From Chiloscyllium plagiosum (lineage: Eukaryota), in assembly GCF_004010195.1 (NCBI RefSeq), contig NC_057718.1, forward strand, positions 19,668,104 to 19,732,103: DNA of 64,000 nt, written 5' to 3'. Both the position numbers and the translations under genes were made by a program. The stretch's first letter is position 1; every line of letters begins with the position of its first letter. This document shows, piece after piece, positions 13,256 through 25,600 of this stretch. The notes under the pieces are model-generated. The model did not search any database. It was not told the origin of the DNA and worked only from the letters and a program-made list of their open reading frames with translations.

Positions 13256-13644
13256 AAGTGATTCGGTTGTTTATAACCTGGGAGCAAGAGACAGGGATTT
13301 TCTATAATCTGTCAAATAAGTTGCCATATTCTATCCCAAGGCACAATGTCGGGCAGTTTCCAAAGGTGGCACTTAGGACTGTGCTTATTTGGTTATCTCC
13401 ATTCTTCTGCCATTTATTTTCCTCAGTTTAAATACATTACATGATGATTTCAAAATGAACTTGCAAAGTATTCTTAGCTGAGTGGAATTTGTGACATTAA
13501 AGAACTGTGGGACAAGGACAACACCAGCATTTTCTTTACTTTGAGAAATTGTGATAAATGACAATGTCCATATTGCAGAGTAGCAGGTTGAAAATGTCTC
13601 ATTTGTATTTTCAAACCCTATCTCGGTAACTTTCCCTAGCCCCA

Positions 13645-13885
13645 CAACCCTCAGTTATCAGCACATGTCTCATTCTGGCCTTTCAATTTGCACGGTTCCA
13701 CCAGCTGCCTAGGTCCTAAACTCTAGAATTCCGTCCCTAGCTCTCTTTGCCTCTCCTTCCTTCTTGAAAGTGTTTCTTAAAATGTACCTCCTTGACTAAG
13801 CTTTTGGCCATTTCCCCAATATCACTTTATGTGGGCACACTCCAGATGTTTTATTGAGTTAATATACTTGACAAATACAAGTTGC
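13645..13885 (+). mobile_element. L2 3' tail fragment
   Basis: cagctgcctaggtcctaaactctagaattccgtccct...ctccttgactaagcttttggcc, an L2-like 3' UTR also seen at 29750-29950. Confidence 0.55.
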
Positions 13886-14064
13886 TAAATATGACAGCTA
13901 GTGATTAAAACTTGGTTTTGAAAAGCCTGGATATTGAACAATTTCACGGCTATGATGTAAGAAGAAGAAGAAGAATATAATATTAAATAATATAAACAAA
14001 AGAATATGTTGACATGAATGAAATAGGAAAAGGCAGAAAAAATTGATGAAGTTAGACAGGACAG

Positions 14065-14482
14065 AAACATAAACCAAAGTTGCTGAAGAAATGCAGCATC
14101 TGTGCAGAGAAAGCAGAATTAATGTTTTGGTCCACTGACCTTTTTTCACTATGATTGGAAAAGGTTAATATGTATGCTCAAGATGGGGTTGAATGAAGGG
14201 AGGAGTAAACTTTAGTTGGAGTTGGAACCCAGAAAGAGAGAACGAAAGTTGGACAGAAAAAGGAGTGGGTAAAGGTGACCCTGGGGGAATCAATACCTGC
14301 TACTGGGGAGCATTGGTAGCTGACAATTGGTTGGTCGTGATAGAAGCCCCTGTGATGGCAAGGTCTGGTCTGTGTTGGGTTTAGGTAAGGACATGGGAAA
14401 AGGTACTAAAGGCCCTAAAATTATTGAACTAGATGTTGAATTCTCAAGGTTGCAGGGTGGCCAAGTGGAAAAGGAAATCTTT
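14065..14482 (-). mobile_element. Old Penelope-like 3' fragment
   Basis: The minus strand encodes FHLATLQP*EFNI*FNNFRA, the end of a GIY-YIG ORF (LGTLQPxGLN), followed by a pLTR remnant. Confidence 0.65.
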
Positions 14483-15899
14483 TTGTTGAGAAAGGACAGA
14501 GGTTCTAGCTGAATCTCACAAGTTTTGGCATCAACATTTTAATCTTGGATAGACTTAGCCTTTGTAGAGAAATAGTAGCTTTCTGGAAACCTTTCCAGAA
14601 AACCTTTTGGCACAAGAAAGGAAAACAAACTTTGCGGATGCAGCTTTATTAATGGAGGCAGAGTGAGGTTGGCGTGATGGTAACACTAAGAATGTCAAGA
14701 GGAAGAGATCTAATGACACGACCATCAAAGAGATGAAAGCTTGGCATATAAGAAACATAACACACAGTGTTTTTGTGAATTAGTCAAGTTTCAGACTTGG
14801 ATCTCTCCATGCTGAACATTAAGCATTATCTTATTCAATGTGCAAAGCTACCTGCATGCAAGCTTATGTGGTGATGTCAGTGAAGAGAATAAGCATTGCC
14901 TCCCATTCACTCTATCTTTGATAAAGATTAAAAAGTTAAAGGGAAGAGTGTACTTTCCTGAAGGACCTTGGGTGAAGTTTGTGACAACATAACTGAAGCA
15001 TTTTCCATTGCCTCAACATTGGTATACTCTGATGGAGTCATAACCAGCTACATCAATACATTGGCTTCTCCCTCAGAACTAGATATGTAGGTTACTGAAG
15101 GCTAGAGCTTCAACCTAATGCTGAGCATCAAGAGAAATTTATTATTTGATCTTGAAACTGAGTGCATTACAAACAGGAATGAAAATAATCAAATGCAAAT
15201 CATTAAGGTCAAATTCTTACAATTGTATCGCATCAACTATTATTCCACGAGCTTTACAATGGCCAGCAGTCAGAACACTAGCCCATAATCATTGAGGTAT
15301 CACTGTAGATAGCATGAGTCCTCTTGCTTTGTGTCTCAATGAGCCAGGTTCGAGCTTTAGGCAGGGATTTCCAAATTTCAGTGCTTTCTTTGGGACCCAA
15401 TCAGGAAAATGTTTTATTTGAAAAAAAATCAGAAGAAACCAAAATGCTACGGTTAGGGTGGCAGGAGGGAACTGACAGAATTGACCTGGAGAACTTCTGA
15501 TACAACGGATGCTCAGATCACCAAGCCAGGCTATCCATGACAGCCAATGACAGATCACATGGAACTAGGAAGACTGAATCAAATTGAGCTGCTGCGGCAA
15601 TACCATTTACCTGCTGGTGAACAAAATCCTGAGGCGGCAAATGCATATTAGATGCAAAAGTTTCAATGTGGCACTTAAACAGATATATATGGACAAAGCA
15701 GTATATAAAGAACTCTTTTCCGCAAAGTACATTCTTAGGAAAGAAATGATAAACACAGATGCTACCTAACTCAACATATTTCTGAGTTACAGCACAAGTA
15801 TTGTAAATGACTTCCAATGTAGACAACGTTTTCTCTGTATTTCTGTTAGCAAGAAAGAGATTTCAGCTGTTAATGTAAAAGAGTTATATGGTGTTCTAC

Positions 15900-16000
15900 C
15901 TGTGCTTTACTGGACAGGTTACGCAGACTGAGGCGAGCTGAGGATAGCATCTGCAGAGCCTCCTGGGGGTTGGTTTTGCCTTTACTGCATTTGATCGACA
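15900..16000 (-). CDS. TTC27: TTC27 penultimate coding exon, 101 bp, phase 1/0
   Basis: Reads ttttgcag|TG TCG...GCA CAG|gtagaa and encodes (V)[33 protein letters not shown]. The phase fits both neighbouring exons. Confidence 0.92.
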
Positions 16001-17214
16001 CTGCAAAAATAAAAACAGCAACATAGATAAAAGACACTAAGACACAACTTCAATTATAGTCTTAGACTATGGACATTTATAACGAGATACTGGAGAAATG
16101 GGCAAGGCAATATTTCTAACAAAAAGAGAGAAGTGTTTTAAGAAGTAAATGAGACCTGTGATAAATGAAGCAAAACCTCAATAACTGATACTTAGATATT
16201 TTCAAAAGGAGCAAAACCTTCTCATGATGGAAATTTGAAATGAGAAAATATCAAAAACTCATCATGTCAAGCAGCATTTGCAGACAGGAAAGTGATCAGC
16301 ATATCTTGGTCAGAACGCAGGATACTACAGATGAACTGCATACTGTACACCACCCTGGTTTGGAATTACATCACTGTCTTGTTCCTACTGCCAGATAAAA
16401 TTCCTGAAACTCCAGTTCAAACAACAGTGCAGTTGTTCAAGAAGGCAAGCAATCAGGAATGGGTAACAAATGATAGGGTAGCCAGTGATATGCAGCCTAT
16501 TATAGAATATATGTTTAAAAAGCTTACAATGAGAATCAGAGCAAGAGAAAAGGGGTTGGAACAGTTCAGCACATTCTCGAGAAAATGAATTAACTGCAAA
16601 AGTGAATATGTGGAGAAGAGGAGATCATTAAATGACAAATGAAAATATTTAAGAGATGATGAGAGAAATCAGAAAAATCACATCCCTCTCGTCTTCACAA
16701 GCACTAAGTCACAACATGAATTCCACATTACAGGAAATACAGTTAGAAGTGGAAGCTGCAATTCAGTTGTGAGGGTTGCAAGATGCTTAGCAATGCAATA
16801 AATGCTGTTTTGTGAGCTTATATTAAGCTTCATTCAAAATGCAGAAGGCTGAGGGCAAAGTGGAAGCACTAAAGAAGTAAATGATCAAGAGTGGAGGGTT
16901 GCACTTGTGTGTAAATACAGAGATGATTTCAGCAAAGCAAATTGCTTTTAATCTGCCCAAAATTCAGGAGACCATATTGTGGTCAGTGAACAGCGAAGCC
17001 TGCAATTTAGCATTATTTTGTTTTAATTTCAGTGAGTAATTGGAACGGAAATCTCGTTGAGTGCCATGAAAATTCATTATAATGTTTGCATCAGTGTATT
17101 ACAGCATGGTGCTGTGCCTGAGCTCCTCCTGCTTCCCCCCACCCGCCCCACTATATAATCCATACCACTTGACTACAATTAACACCCAATTCATATATAA
17201 TTAATATAAAGCTC

Positions 17215-17320
17215 TTGAGCTGTAGTAGTAGTAGTGTCCTAACCTTTGAGCCAGGAAGCCTGGGTTCAAGTCCCACCTGCTCCAGAGGTGTGTGGTAGCA
17301 TCATTGAGCAGTTTGATTAT
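17215..17320 (+). mobile_element. tRNA-derived SINE head fragment
   Basis: B box gggttcaagtccc preceded by a decayed A box. It does not form a complete cloverleaf. Confidence 0.4.
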
Positions 17321-20300
17321 ACAATTAACATGGGAAGCTAAGCAGGTTGGTGGAGTAATGGAGATGCAGACGAGGATGCCTTCTAAATACTTACAGACAA
17401 AGGGGTGAGGACAGAAGATTTATGTTTTTCAATCTGGGCTCATTTGGAACCTATAATAAGTAAAAAAATCACTGCCAATATTAGGCGCATACCTCTCATT
17501 TCAATAGCTGGCAATATAACTGTATTCTAAAGTTGAGATACCTATATAATTAGTTATTTTAAAAAACTGAAAATTAAACCCAGATGGCTCCTGCAAGCAA
17601 CATCTGTGGTCAACTCTCTGATGGCAACAGCACATCATCAAAATAAAAAAACAATTTCTAGGATTTCATTTCATTTGGAGTTTATTCCAAGAATAAGACA
17701 AGTTCTCTAAGATTCAAACGAAAATATGCCGATACTGGAAATCTGAAATAAAAATAGAAAATGGCAGAAATGCTCACAGGTCAGGCTGAACCTGTGAAGA
17801 AAGAAACAGGACTAACTATTCCTTTCAACAGAACTGGTCTGATTTTATTCTGATGAAAGCTCATTTAACTTGTAATGTGGGCATAATCTTACAGGGATCT
17901 GAGCAATGTGGTTTACCATGAGATTATTCGCAGAATTGGACAAGGGTGAGGCTTTTATCAACATTGGGAGCAACGCGCTGCATCGTTTATGCATTTGCCA
18001 AGCGGCGAGTTGCCAGTTTAGGTGGAATATTGCTTGTGAAAAGTCTTGTTAATGGCCCAGCTCTTTTCGTTAATATTCAGGTCCCCATCTTTACACAACA
18101 CGTCAAACAAGCTAGATGTCACAAAATCTCCTCACGGAAGTCAGAGTGGGTGCCTGGTGTGACTTCTGCTCTCTGCTTGCTCCAAAGGATCTTCACATTT
18201 CTTCGGAATAAACTGCATCCCAAGGCATGATCCACAGGCACCTGTCTCACACACACCCCTCATCCACTGACATTCGCATCTAATATTTTTCCACCACACA
18301 TGACCATCTTGGCAATTCTCCACTCTGTGCCATGCAGGGCAGTACATAACTGTGTTGCAGGGTGCACCACCAACTAACAACGAAAGGCTGCAGCAAGGAC
18401 AGTGTGTGCATAAACAGGCACCAAGCTCATGGATTGGATAGGTTGCAGCTCAGGGCTGCTTATCTTGTTCTATTAATGCTCACTCATATAGGTCCTCCCT
18501 TCATACTGGCACCATCCATGCATCAGCTGCCATGCCATGTCTGTTTGAGTTTCAGCCAGTGCTGTATCGACTTTCTCTCCCAACATGAAAGGCACCAAGA
18601 GAAAACTCCAATTATAGCATTAGGTTATCCTCATTTATAATGAAATACCAGACAAATGGGCCAGGCAACATTTCTAACTAGTACATGCAGCAGGAGCTTG
18701 CAAACGCCAACTTTGCTTCATGTGCAATAATTTCTTCACCCATATGCAATGCATAGAGAGGTTGGCCAAAGATGGTTTGCCATTGGTGTTACATAAATTA
18801 AAAATGTCATCTCAATGATGCAGGAGTTAGCAATAACTTAAAAGAGGGCAAATACTGGCTAAAAGTACCTCCAAGCAACTTCCAAAGGCGTTTTGGGACC
18901 AAGGAAACATTGCAACGTCACACATCACGCAAGCATGACGATGGACTTTAACGAATGCGATGGAAATTAGAATGGTTGAGTGCATCTGGGATTGAAAGTT
19001 GAGTCAGAGCACAGTTAGCATTCCCTTTTAGATGCTGTGTGTTGGTCACTCAGCATGTGTCAGACCTTCACTATGCTATGACCAGCGCAGAGGTGAGGCA
19101 ATTATCATCTGCTGAAGTTCTAGGATAGTTCAAACAGAGTGTGCCACACCATTTTTGTGTGTTGTGCTTTGCACAATTGGAGCAGGCAATGAGGCAACAT
19201 AATTGATGCTGAAGAACTAGGGGAATGGGAGAAGTCTTCCGAGGAGAAGGATACGAACAATGGTGAGAAGGAAGCTCTCTTTTTAGATGATGGAACTCAA
19301 CTGCATTGGGCTCTACAATACAGACAGGGCCTGACTGAAACCTGCTTCCGTTAGAGGTTAGCTGGATGTAGAAAACCAGCACTGACTGTCAAGGTCAAGA
19401 TGCCGGTATGTGGTATCCATTGTGGGTGTGAACTACAGCCTGCACTCATTTCCCTTGGGTTCTCTTTTCCTGGCTATCAATGACAAGATGCGGGTGACCA
19501 CTGGAAAGTGGGGAACAAGTATCAAGGGTTCAGATTTAGGCGAGGTGTATGCAAGGATAAGTAAACTGTGTGGCTTAGTGTTACTAAGTGTGACCAAGGT
19601 GAGAGAGAGTTGTGAGGCTGCTGGTCCATTATGCTGGCGGTGGTGGGCAACCTAAGACTGTTAATGCTTCTCCAGGTAAAGAGTGATCTCTCAAAGGTGA
19701 CACAGACACAAGGGATAGCAGTCTTTCAGCGGATATCTACTGTGTGGCGAGTTATTCTGGTAAGATAGTGCTAGAATGGGAGGTGAGGGATACGACTGGG
19801 GTGGAGCAGGTACTTAATGAGGCACATTGTGTAAGAGATGGTGAGGAGCCTTGCTGGCACTCATGGCAAGGATACCTCCACGCAAATTCACACAACACAC
19901 AAGAAAAGGTAAGACTCAGACCATTAAGTTTATTTTTCTCTCCACAGATGCTGTTGAGTTCCTTCATTTTTATTTATTTGTTTTAAACCCAGGACATCCC
20001 ATAAAACTTAACGTTTTGGCCACATTGTTGGTTATCTGCCCAAATCATTTCTCACGTGGGCCAAACTCTATTTGAAAACACCATGAAATGCCTTGGGATG
20101 ATTTACTATGTTAAGGCACTGTATAAATATAAGTTGGTGTGCAAATTGTTTCAATATATTTGCCTGATTTGATCTGATTGTGCAACACATTAAAAATCCA
20201 CAGGCGTGTGATCAGATCTGGGCACTAGTTCTGCTTCTTGACAGTGCATCAGCCGAGATTAGTAATGAAACAGGAGTGCCCATTCATAATATTAAAAATC

Positions 20301-20428
20301 TTGTTCTAATGAAGTTCAAACATTTGTGCACATTTGTATTTCCTCATAAAGGCTATTTCCTAGTCAATCTTTGCTGTATTTTCCTAAAGGATCATTTTTC
20401 CATAAACCTACCATTTTGATTAAGTAGG

Positions 20429-20582
20429 CAAAAGTGAGGACTGCAGATGCTGGAAACCAGAGTCTAGATTAGAGTGGTGCTGGAGCATTCCTGATGAAGG
20501 GCTTTTGCCCGAAACGTCGATTTTCCTGCTCCTCGGATGCTGCCTGACCTGCTGTGCTTTTCCAGCACCCCTCTAGTCTAGG
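20429..20582 (+). mobile_element. Penelope pLTR-derived mini-element with an intact minimal hammerhead motif and inverted ends
   Basis: CTGATGA(20491)-A-GGGC TTTT GCCC-GAAAC-GTC. Inverted segments ctagattagagtggtgctgga / tccagcacccctctagtctag. 15-bp TSD ttttgattaagtagg (20414-20428 / 20583-20597). Confidence 0.85.
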
Positions 20583-20996
20583 TTTTGATTAAGTAGGTCT
20601 AGTGACATTTGTAGAGAGAAACAGAGTTAACATTTCGAGCCAGTGACTCTTAATTTAGTTTCTCTCCCTAAGGAAACTACCAGACTGAATTTCTGCAGCA
20701 CTCTTGAGTTTGTGTTTCAGATTTCCAGCAACTAGTTTTATTTTTAACTTTTAAGCTTTTGATCACTTCTCCTCATACCTTGACTTGATTTGGTATCAAC
20801 TTTTGTTTGATAATGTTCTCATGAAATGTTTTGGCATACCTTACTGTTATGTAAATGCAATTTATTATTGCGCAAAGGTCATTGCCACAGCCAGTACTCT
20901 AAAGGAGGTCGTATTGCATTTGGCTAAAGGGATAACAATTGGAATTCAGGCCTACTGATCCAGTATCCCAAAATCTCTGCTTGTAATTCTGATCAT

Positions 20997-21197
20997 CGTT
21001 TCTATTCTCTCATGGGATGTGGGCATTACTGGCTGGCCAGCATTTATTGGCCATCCCTACTTGTCCTTAAGAAGATGATGCTGAGCAGCCTTCTTAATCC
21101 ACTGCAGTCCATGCATTCTGGGTAGACCCACAATGCTGTTAGGGAGTGAATTCCCTGCTTTTGACCCAGTGACAGTGAAGAAATGGCAATATATTCA
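20997..21197 (-). mobile_element. 3' tail of the CR1-group family of 56875-61333
   Basis: catgggatgtgggcattactggctggccagcatttattggccatccctacttgtcctt is the reverse complement of the family tail. Other tail pieces lie at 10300-10420 (+), 31050-31262 (+) and 43020-43110 (-). Confidence 0.7.
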
Positions 21198-22018
21198 GAA
21201 AATAATAAGAGTGAAAGCAAACTGAATGTAGGACTATGGAAACTCAGTTGAGTCTAGTAAGATAAGTTCAAAGGCCTTTCATTGTGCTGTAATATTCTAT
21301 GAAATCATTTAATTCTTGGAACAGACTCTAAAAACATAATGGGCATAATAATTAGGAGCAGGAGCAAGCCAGTCAGTCCCTCAAGCCTGGTCTGACATTT
21401 AATAAGATCATGGCTGATCGGTTTGTTTCAAACTCCCCATTCCCATCTAGTTTTGTTAACCTTGCCTAATAAGAATCTCTCTTGGTCCACCTTACTGCAA
21501 TGTTTTGTTTACATTCTTTGGATTACTGATTTGCAATTAACACAGAAATACTGAAGAAGTGACTCAGCAGTGACTCAGTGATCAATAGTCAGTCTATAAC
21601 AACAGTCACAAAAGAGGATAGGGAGAGATTGTTTGCTTTTGTTGCTAGCCAAGTACTCCTACTAAAAGTGAGAACAGTGTCAGTTGTGATGCTTCCAACG
21701 AGAATATTCAATGGGCAATCTAACTATTGAATTGTTTCCTTCAATTTCACTGCCTCACTGTACGGAGCCTTCAGCAAATCTGATCACTTTGAATTAAGAT
21801 TCCAAGTCAGTTTTGTGAATAAGAAACACTAGTAGTCCCTGAATTGAGCACTAGGGACCCGACTGAAAGCAAACAGGTTTCTTTAGTTCCCTCACCTGCA
21901 GTCCTCCCCATTAGTCAGGTTAACACATATCACGTTAGCACTAATTATGAGCTACCATTAACGGGCAAGTTGTAAAATTAAGGATTAGAGAAGTAAGTCA
22001 CGGCTGCTGGCAGCTCAC

Positions 22019-22130
22019 CATGTGCAAGTTCTATCGCTCCTTTTGATACTTCTTTGAAAGATGCGACATCTTTCTCCCAGCCACTGGATTGAGTTTCACA
22101 TCGATGAGCTTTAATTAGATACTGCAGTGC
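22019..22130 (-). CDS. TTC27: TTC27 coding exon, 112 bp, phase 0/1
   Basis: Reads tttacag|GCA...CAT G|gtgag and encodes [37 protein letters not shown]. The phase continues from the upstream exon, and the peptide resembles TTC27 ([22 protein letters not shown]). Confidence 0.92.
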
Positions 22131-22289
22131 CTGTAAATAAAAGCAATGATATTAGACTGCATATAAACGAGCACAGTGGAAAGACTATTTTTTTGTACTT
22201 TTGTTCATGGACTGTAATGAGAAAACAGCTATCTCAAAAACAAAGTATTGTTGATTGTACATTTTAAAAGCAAACAACTTGACACTCAT

Positions 22290-22935
22290 TGTAAGTACTG
22301 CTTACATAGCTGCTTGTTCAAGCAGTAGTGGAGTCTAATTAAAGATAAACTGGAGCCAGGAGTCTGTATATGAACAGAGCTTCACCCAACAACAAGTGGC
22401 TGATTGATAACTGGTCATGAGTTCACAGACCAATGACAAAGACCTTTACATGTCATAATTATGTAATGGCCTCCCAAATAGATGAACAACTTGGGGTTAT
22501 GAATGTTTTGGAAGAAAACAATGGACCTCTGGAGAAGGAACTATTTCTGCAACATTTCAGAAAACTGATGGCTGGGACCACTGAATGCTTTCCCAGTCTT
22601 TTCCTCTGCCCATGAACATCAATGTTTTTTTTAATCCTCTCTGTGTCTGTCCATATGTGAGTGAGGAGGGGGAGTTTATAAGTGATTTAAAAGTTTAGTT
22701 GGTGGAACTATATGTCAATGATTCATAATTGTTTGTCAGTAGCTAGGATTGATTTATTTATAATAAATAAACATTCTTTCTCATACAAAAATCTGATCCA
22801 TATTTTCTGGCAACTTGAGTCTAAAAGACAGGCAAATTAGGGAATTCTGCGTACTTTTGGAAATCTTTGACATTGATGATGACTTAGGAATAGTGGGGCA
22901 TAGCGTCCAATGTATTACCCAGTGAGGAGTAACTA
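22290..22935 (+). mobile_element. Possible decayed solo LTR
   Basis: Starts TGTAA, has TATA-like and AATAAA motifs in the 3' half, and ends gtgaggagtaac. No TSD was found. Confidence 0.25.
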
Positions 22936-23274
22936 CAGTTACTTATTTTCCCCATTATGTTCCCCTATTGCCTTCTCATCATCTCTTTCCTTTAGTCAAT
23001 CAGACAACACAGAGTTTCTATTAACAGCACAACGCACAGAGTCAAGACATTTGAAGTTTGCTTGCCAGTCAAGGTTACAATAATAAACTCATCATGGAAT
23101 TAAGCACACCATTAAACTGAGGTTTTCTAGCAGTGACTCAGTGATCAATAGTCAGTCTATAACAACAATGTGCACACGTGTGCATTATATATATATTATA
23201 CATATAAAAATAAAATGCCTTTAACAATAGCTCAGAGATGCTATAGGTGGGCATTTTAAAATAATTACGGTAGA

Positions 23275-23875
23275 TGCCCATAAGCTTGGAACAAGGGGTA
23301 GTGTTAGGGAGTGCATTAAAGGAGTAAACAGGGTGGAGAGATGGAAAGGTTAAGAGAGGGAGCCTATGTTTTCGGGACCTGAAGGCATACCCAACCAAGG
23401 GTATAACTATTTAAATTAGGGATGTTCACAGTGCCAGAATTGAAGGAGAACAGGTTTGTTTGGAGATTAGAGATGAGAGATAGTAAATCAAGACTGGATC
23501 TAAAAACAAGAATGAGAATTTTAAAATCAGGGAGCTGCCATATGGAAACACGTGTAAGGCAGCCAGCAGGGAGGTGAAGCGTGAACAGGATTTAGTGCAA
23601 GGTAGGAACTGGCAGCAGAGTTTAGGATGAACTCAGGTTTATAGAGGGTGGAATCTGAAGGTTGACCAAGAATGCATGGGAATATTCAAGTTTAGAGGAT
23701 AAACATTCGGCAATAGATGAGATTAGGCAGGAGCAGAGTCTGGCAACGTTATGGAGGTGGAAATAGGTGGCCAGTGGTCCCACAGATGCATGCTGGAAGC
23801 TCATCTCAGGATCAAATGTGACACCAAAGTTGTTAGGAGTCTGGTTCAGCCTCAGGCAGTTGCCTGGAAGAGAAA
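23275..23875 (-). mobile_element. L2 LINE RT C-terminal fragment
   Basis: The minus-strand ORF contains YFHLHNVARLCSCL...SSKLEYSHAFLVNL, a decayed L2 motif FHLRNIAR...SRLDYCNSLL. A related piece lies at about 49400-49590. Confidence 0.75.
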
Positions 23876-25369
23876 TGGTTTAAAAATGCCAACTCTATGC
23901 ATCATATCTAATTTTAAATATCTAATCTGTATGAAAAATAAATACTGCAATAAGATTCTTTTTTAAAAGTGGTTGTTACATTTCCTTAAGCTACATGCAC
24001 TTCCAAGTGAAGGAAAAATCTAAACAAACTTGCAGGCGATCCCACAGTTAATTACTGGTGACATTCGGTAATTCTATTCAAAATCAATTGTATATTACTG
24101 AACCCAACAGCATTTTCTAATTGAGGTAAGGTACTTTTTCTATTAATCTGCTGCTGCCTTTACTGTACACCTGGAATGGTTATGTGAGTACTGCTACACT
24201 CCTTGACCTAATATCAACAAAAGTAGCAAGAATGGACTTTAATTCATGTGCTTATATATAAACAGGACTCTTGCAAATAATGAGTATTTGTGTCTGGAAA
24301 GTAGGCATATTAGGAATTAATGTCTGCAACCGATAGGGAATAAACTTCAGTCTGCGTGTTCAGAGAATTATGAAGTATTTGCCCTCAAACCTCATAATCT
24401 GAGCCCATTAACCAGTTTATCTCCATTTTATCCAGTATTCTTTTTGAACCTGTTGAACTAACTTGGCTAAATTTTACAACCCAAACAGTGAAAAATAACC
24501 CCTTTTAAAGGGTACCTAACACTCACGAAAAAATACATATGCAGTTTACTCCTTAAATTTATATTATGCTTCTTTTCCTCAACTATGTTGATGTCAAGAT
24601 GTCTTTCTCAGGTAATGCACCATGGGGAGCCTGGTACCGCAGACAGAAAACTCCACGACAGAGCCAATCCTGAGCTGGAGAGCTCCATAGGACTAGGTAC
24701 TAACAGGGAAAGTCTGCTCATACATGCATCAAGTGTCTTAAGGCACACACTGCAAAATGAACATTATAGCTTATCCTAAACAAGTAGTCCAGAGGAAAAT
24801 GTATGCAGGGACCTGTCCTCCCCCTCCAAAAGCCTGCAAGTTGTCAGATTTAAAAGGAGTAAAAAGTATTAGCATTGTAATTCCTGAGTACACTTTCAAC
24901 AAAAAAAGTCAGCACAGCACTTCTCGTTCACTGAAAGGACTGCTTTTTGTCAGTTATTTGAATAGACATTTTATGCTTACAAGTAGTATAGAAATGTAAC
25001 TCAAAGACTTCCAAAACTGTTTAGGGCCGTGCCCGTAAAATTATTGAGTATGCTGAACTCTCCAGGAGTTGCAAATATAGGAATGTCTGAGCCTAGACCT
25101 CTGGGAGTCTATAGCAAAACGTGGTAGAATTACGTAGCAGGAGATTTCTGATCCTTTGGTATGAAAATCCCAATTTATAAAGTTAATGCCTTTTGGACAA
25201 GAAATTTGAATAACAATTATCAACTCCAACTCGTTTAAAACAAATGCAGAAGGATTTGATTCAACAATGAAAATCTCTGAAGTTTCTTGAAATATCCATT
25301 ATGAATTCTACACCCAGGATGATGATATGGAGCTCCTTCTTTCTATGGACCTCATAGCTTGTATTTCAG

Positions 25370-25600
25370 CCTCTCAAGTGAGAAAGCCAGAACCATAGCG
25401 GGACTTGGGCACTGGCTGACACTTCAGTGCTGCACTGAGATGCATCTTTGTCAGCAGTGTTATCTTTCAAATTCAACATTAAATCAGGGCCCCCACCTAC
25501 TTTTCTCAGGAGAATGTAGAAAAAAATCCACGACTCCTTCTGAAGAAAAGCAGGTGAGTTCTCCCAGCATTTAAGTTAACATTTGTTCCACAAATAGAAT
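25370..25600 (+). mobile_element. Deu-domain SINE fragment (SacSINE1/AmnSINE-like)
   Basis: gctgacacttcagtgctgcactgag...ctttcaaattcaacattaaatcagggcccc...gaagaaaagcaggtgagttctccc resembles the recalled Deu core. Confidence 0.55.
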
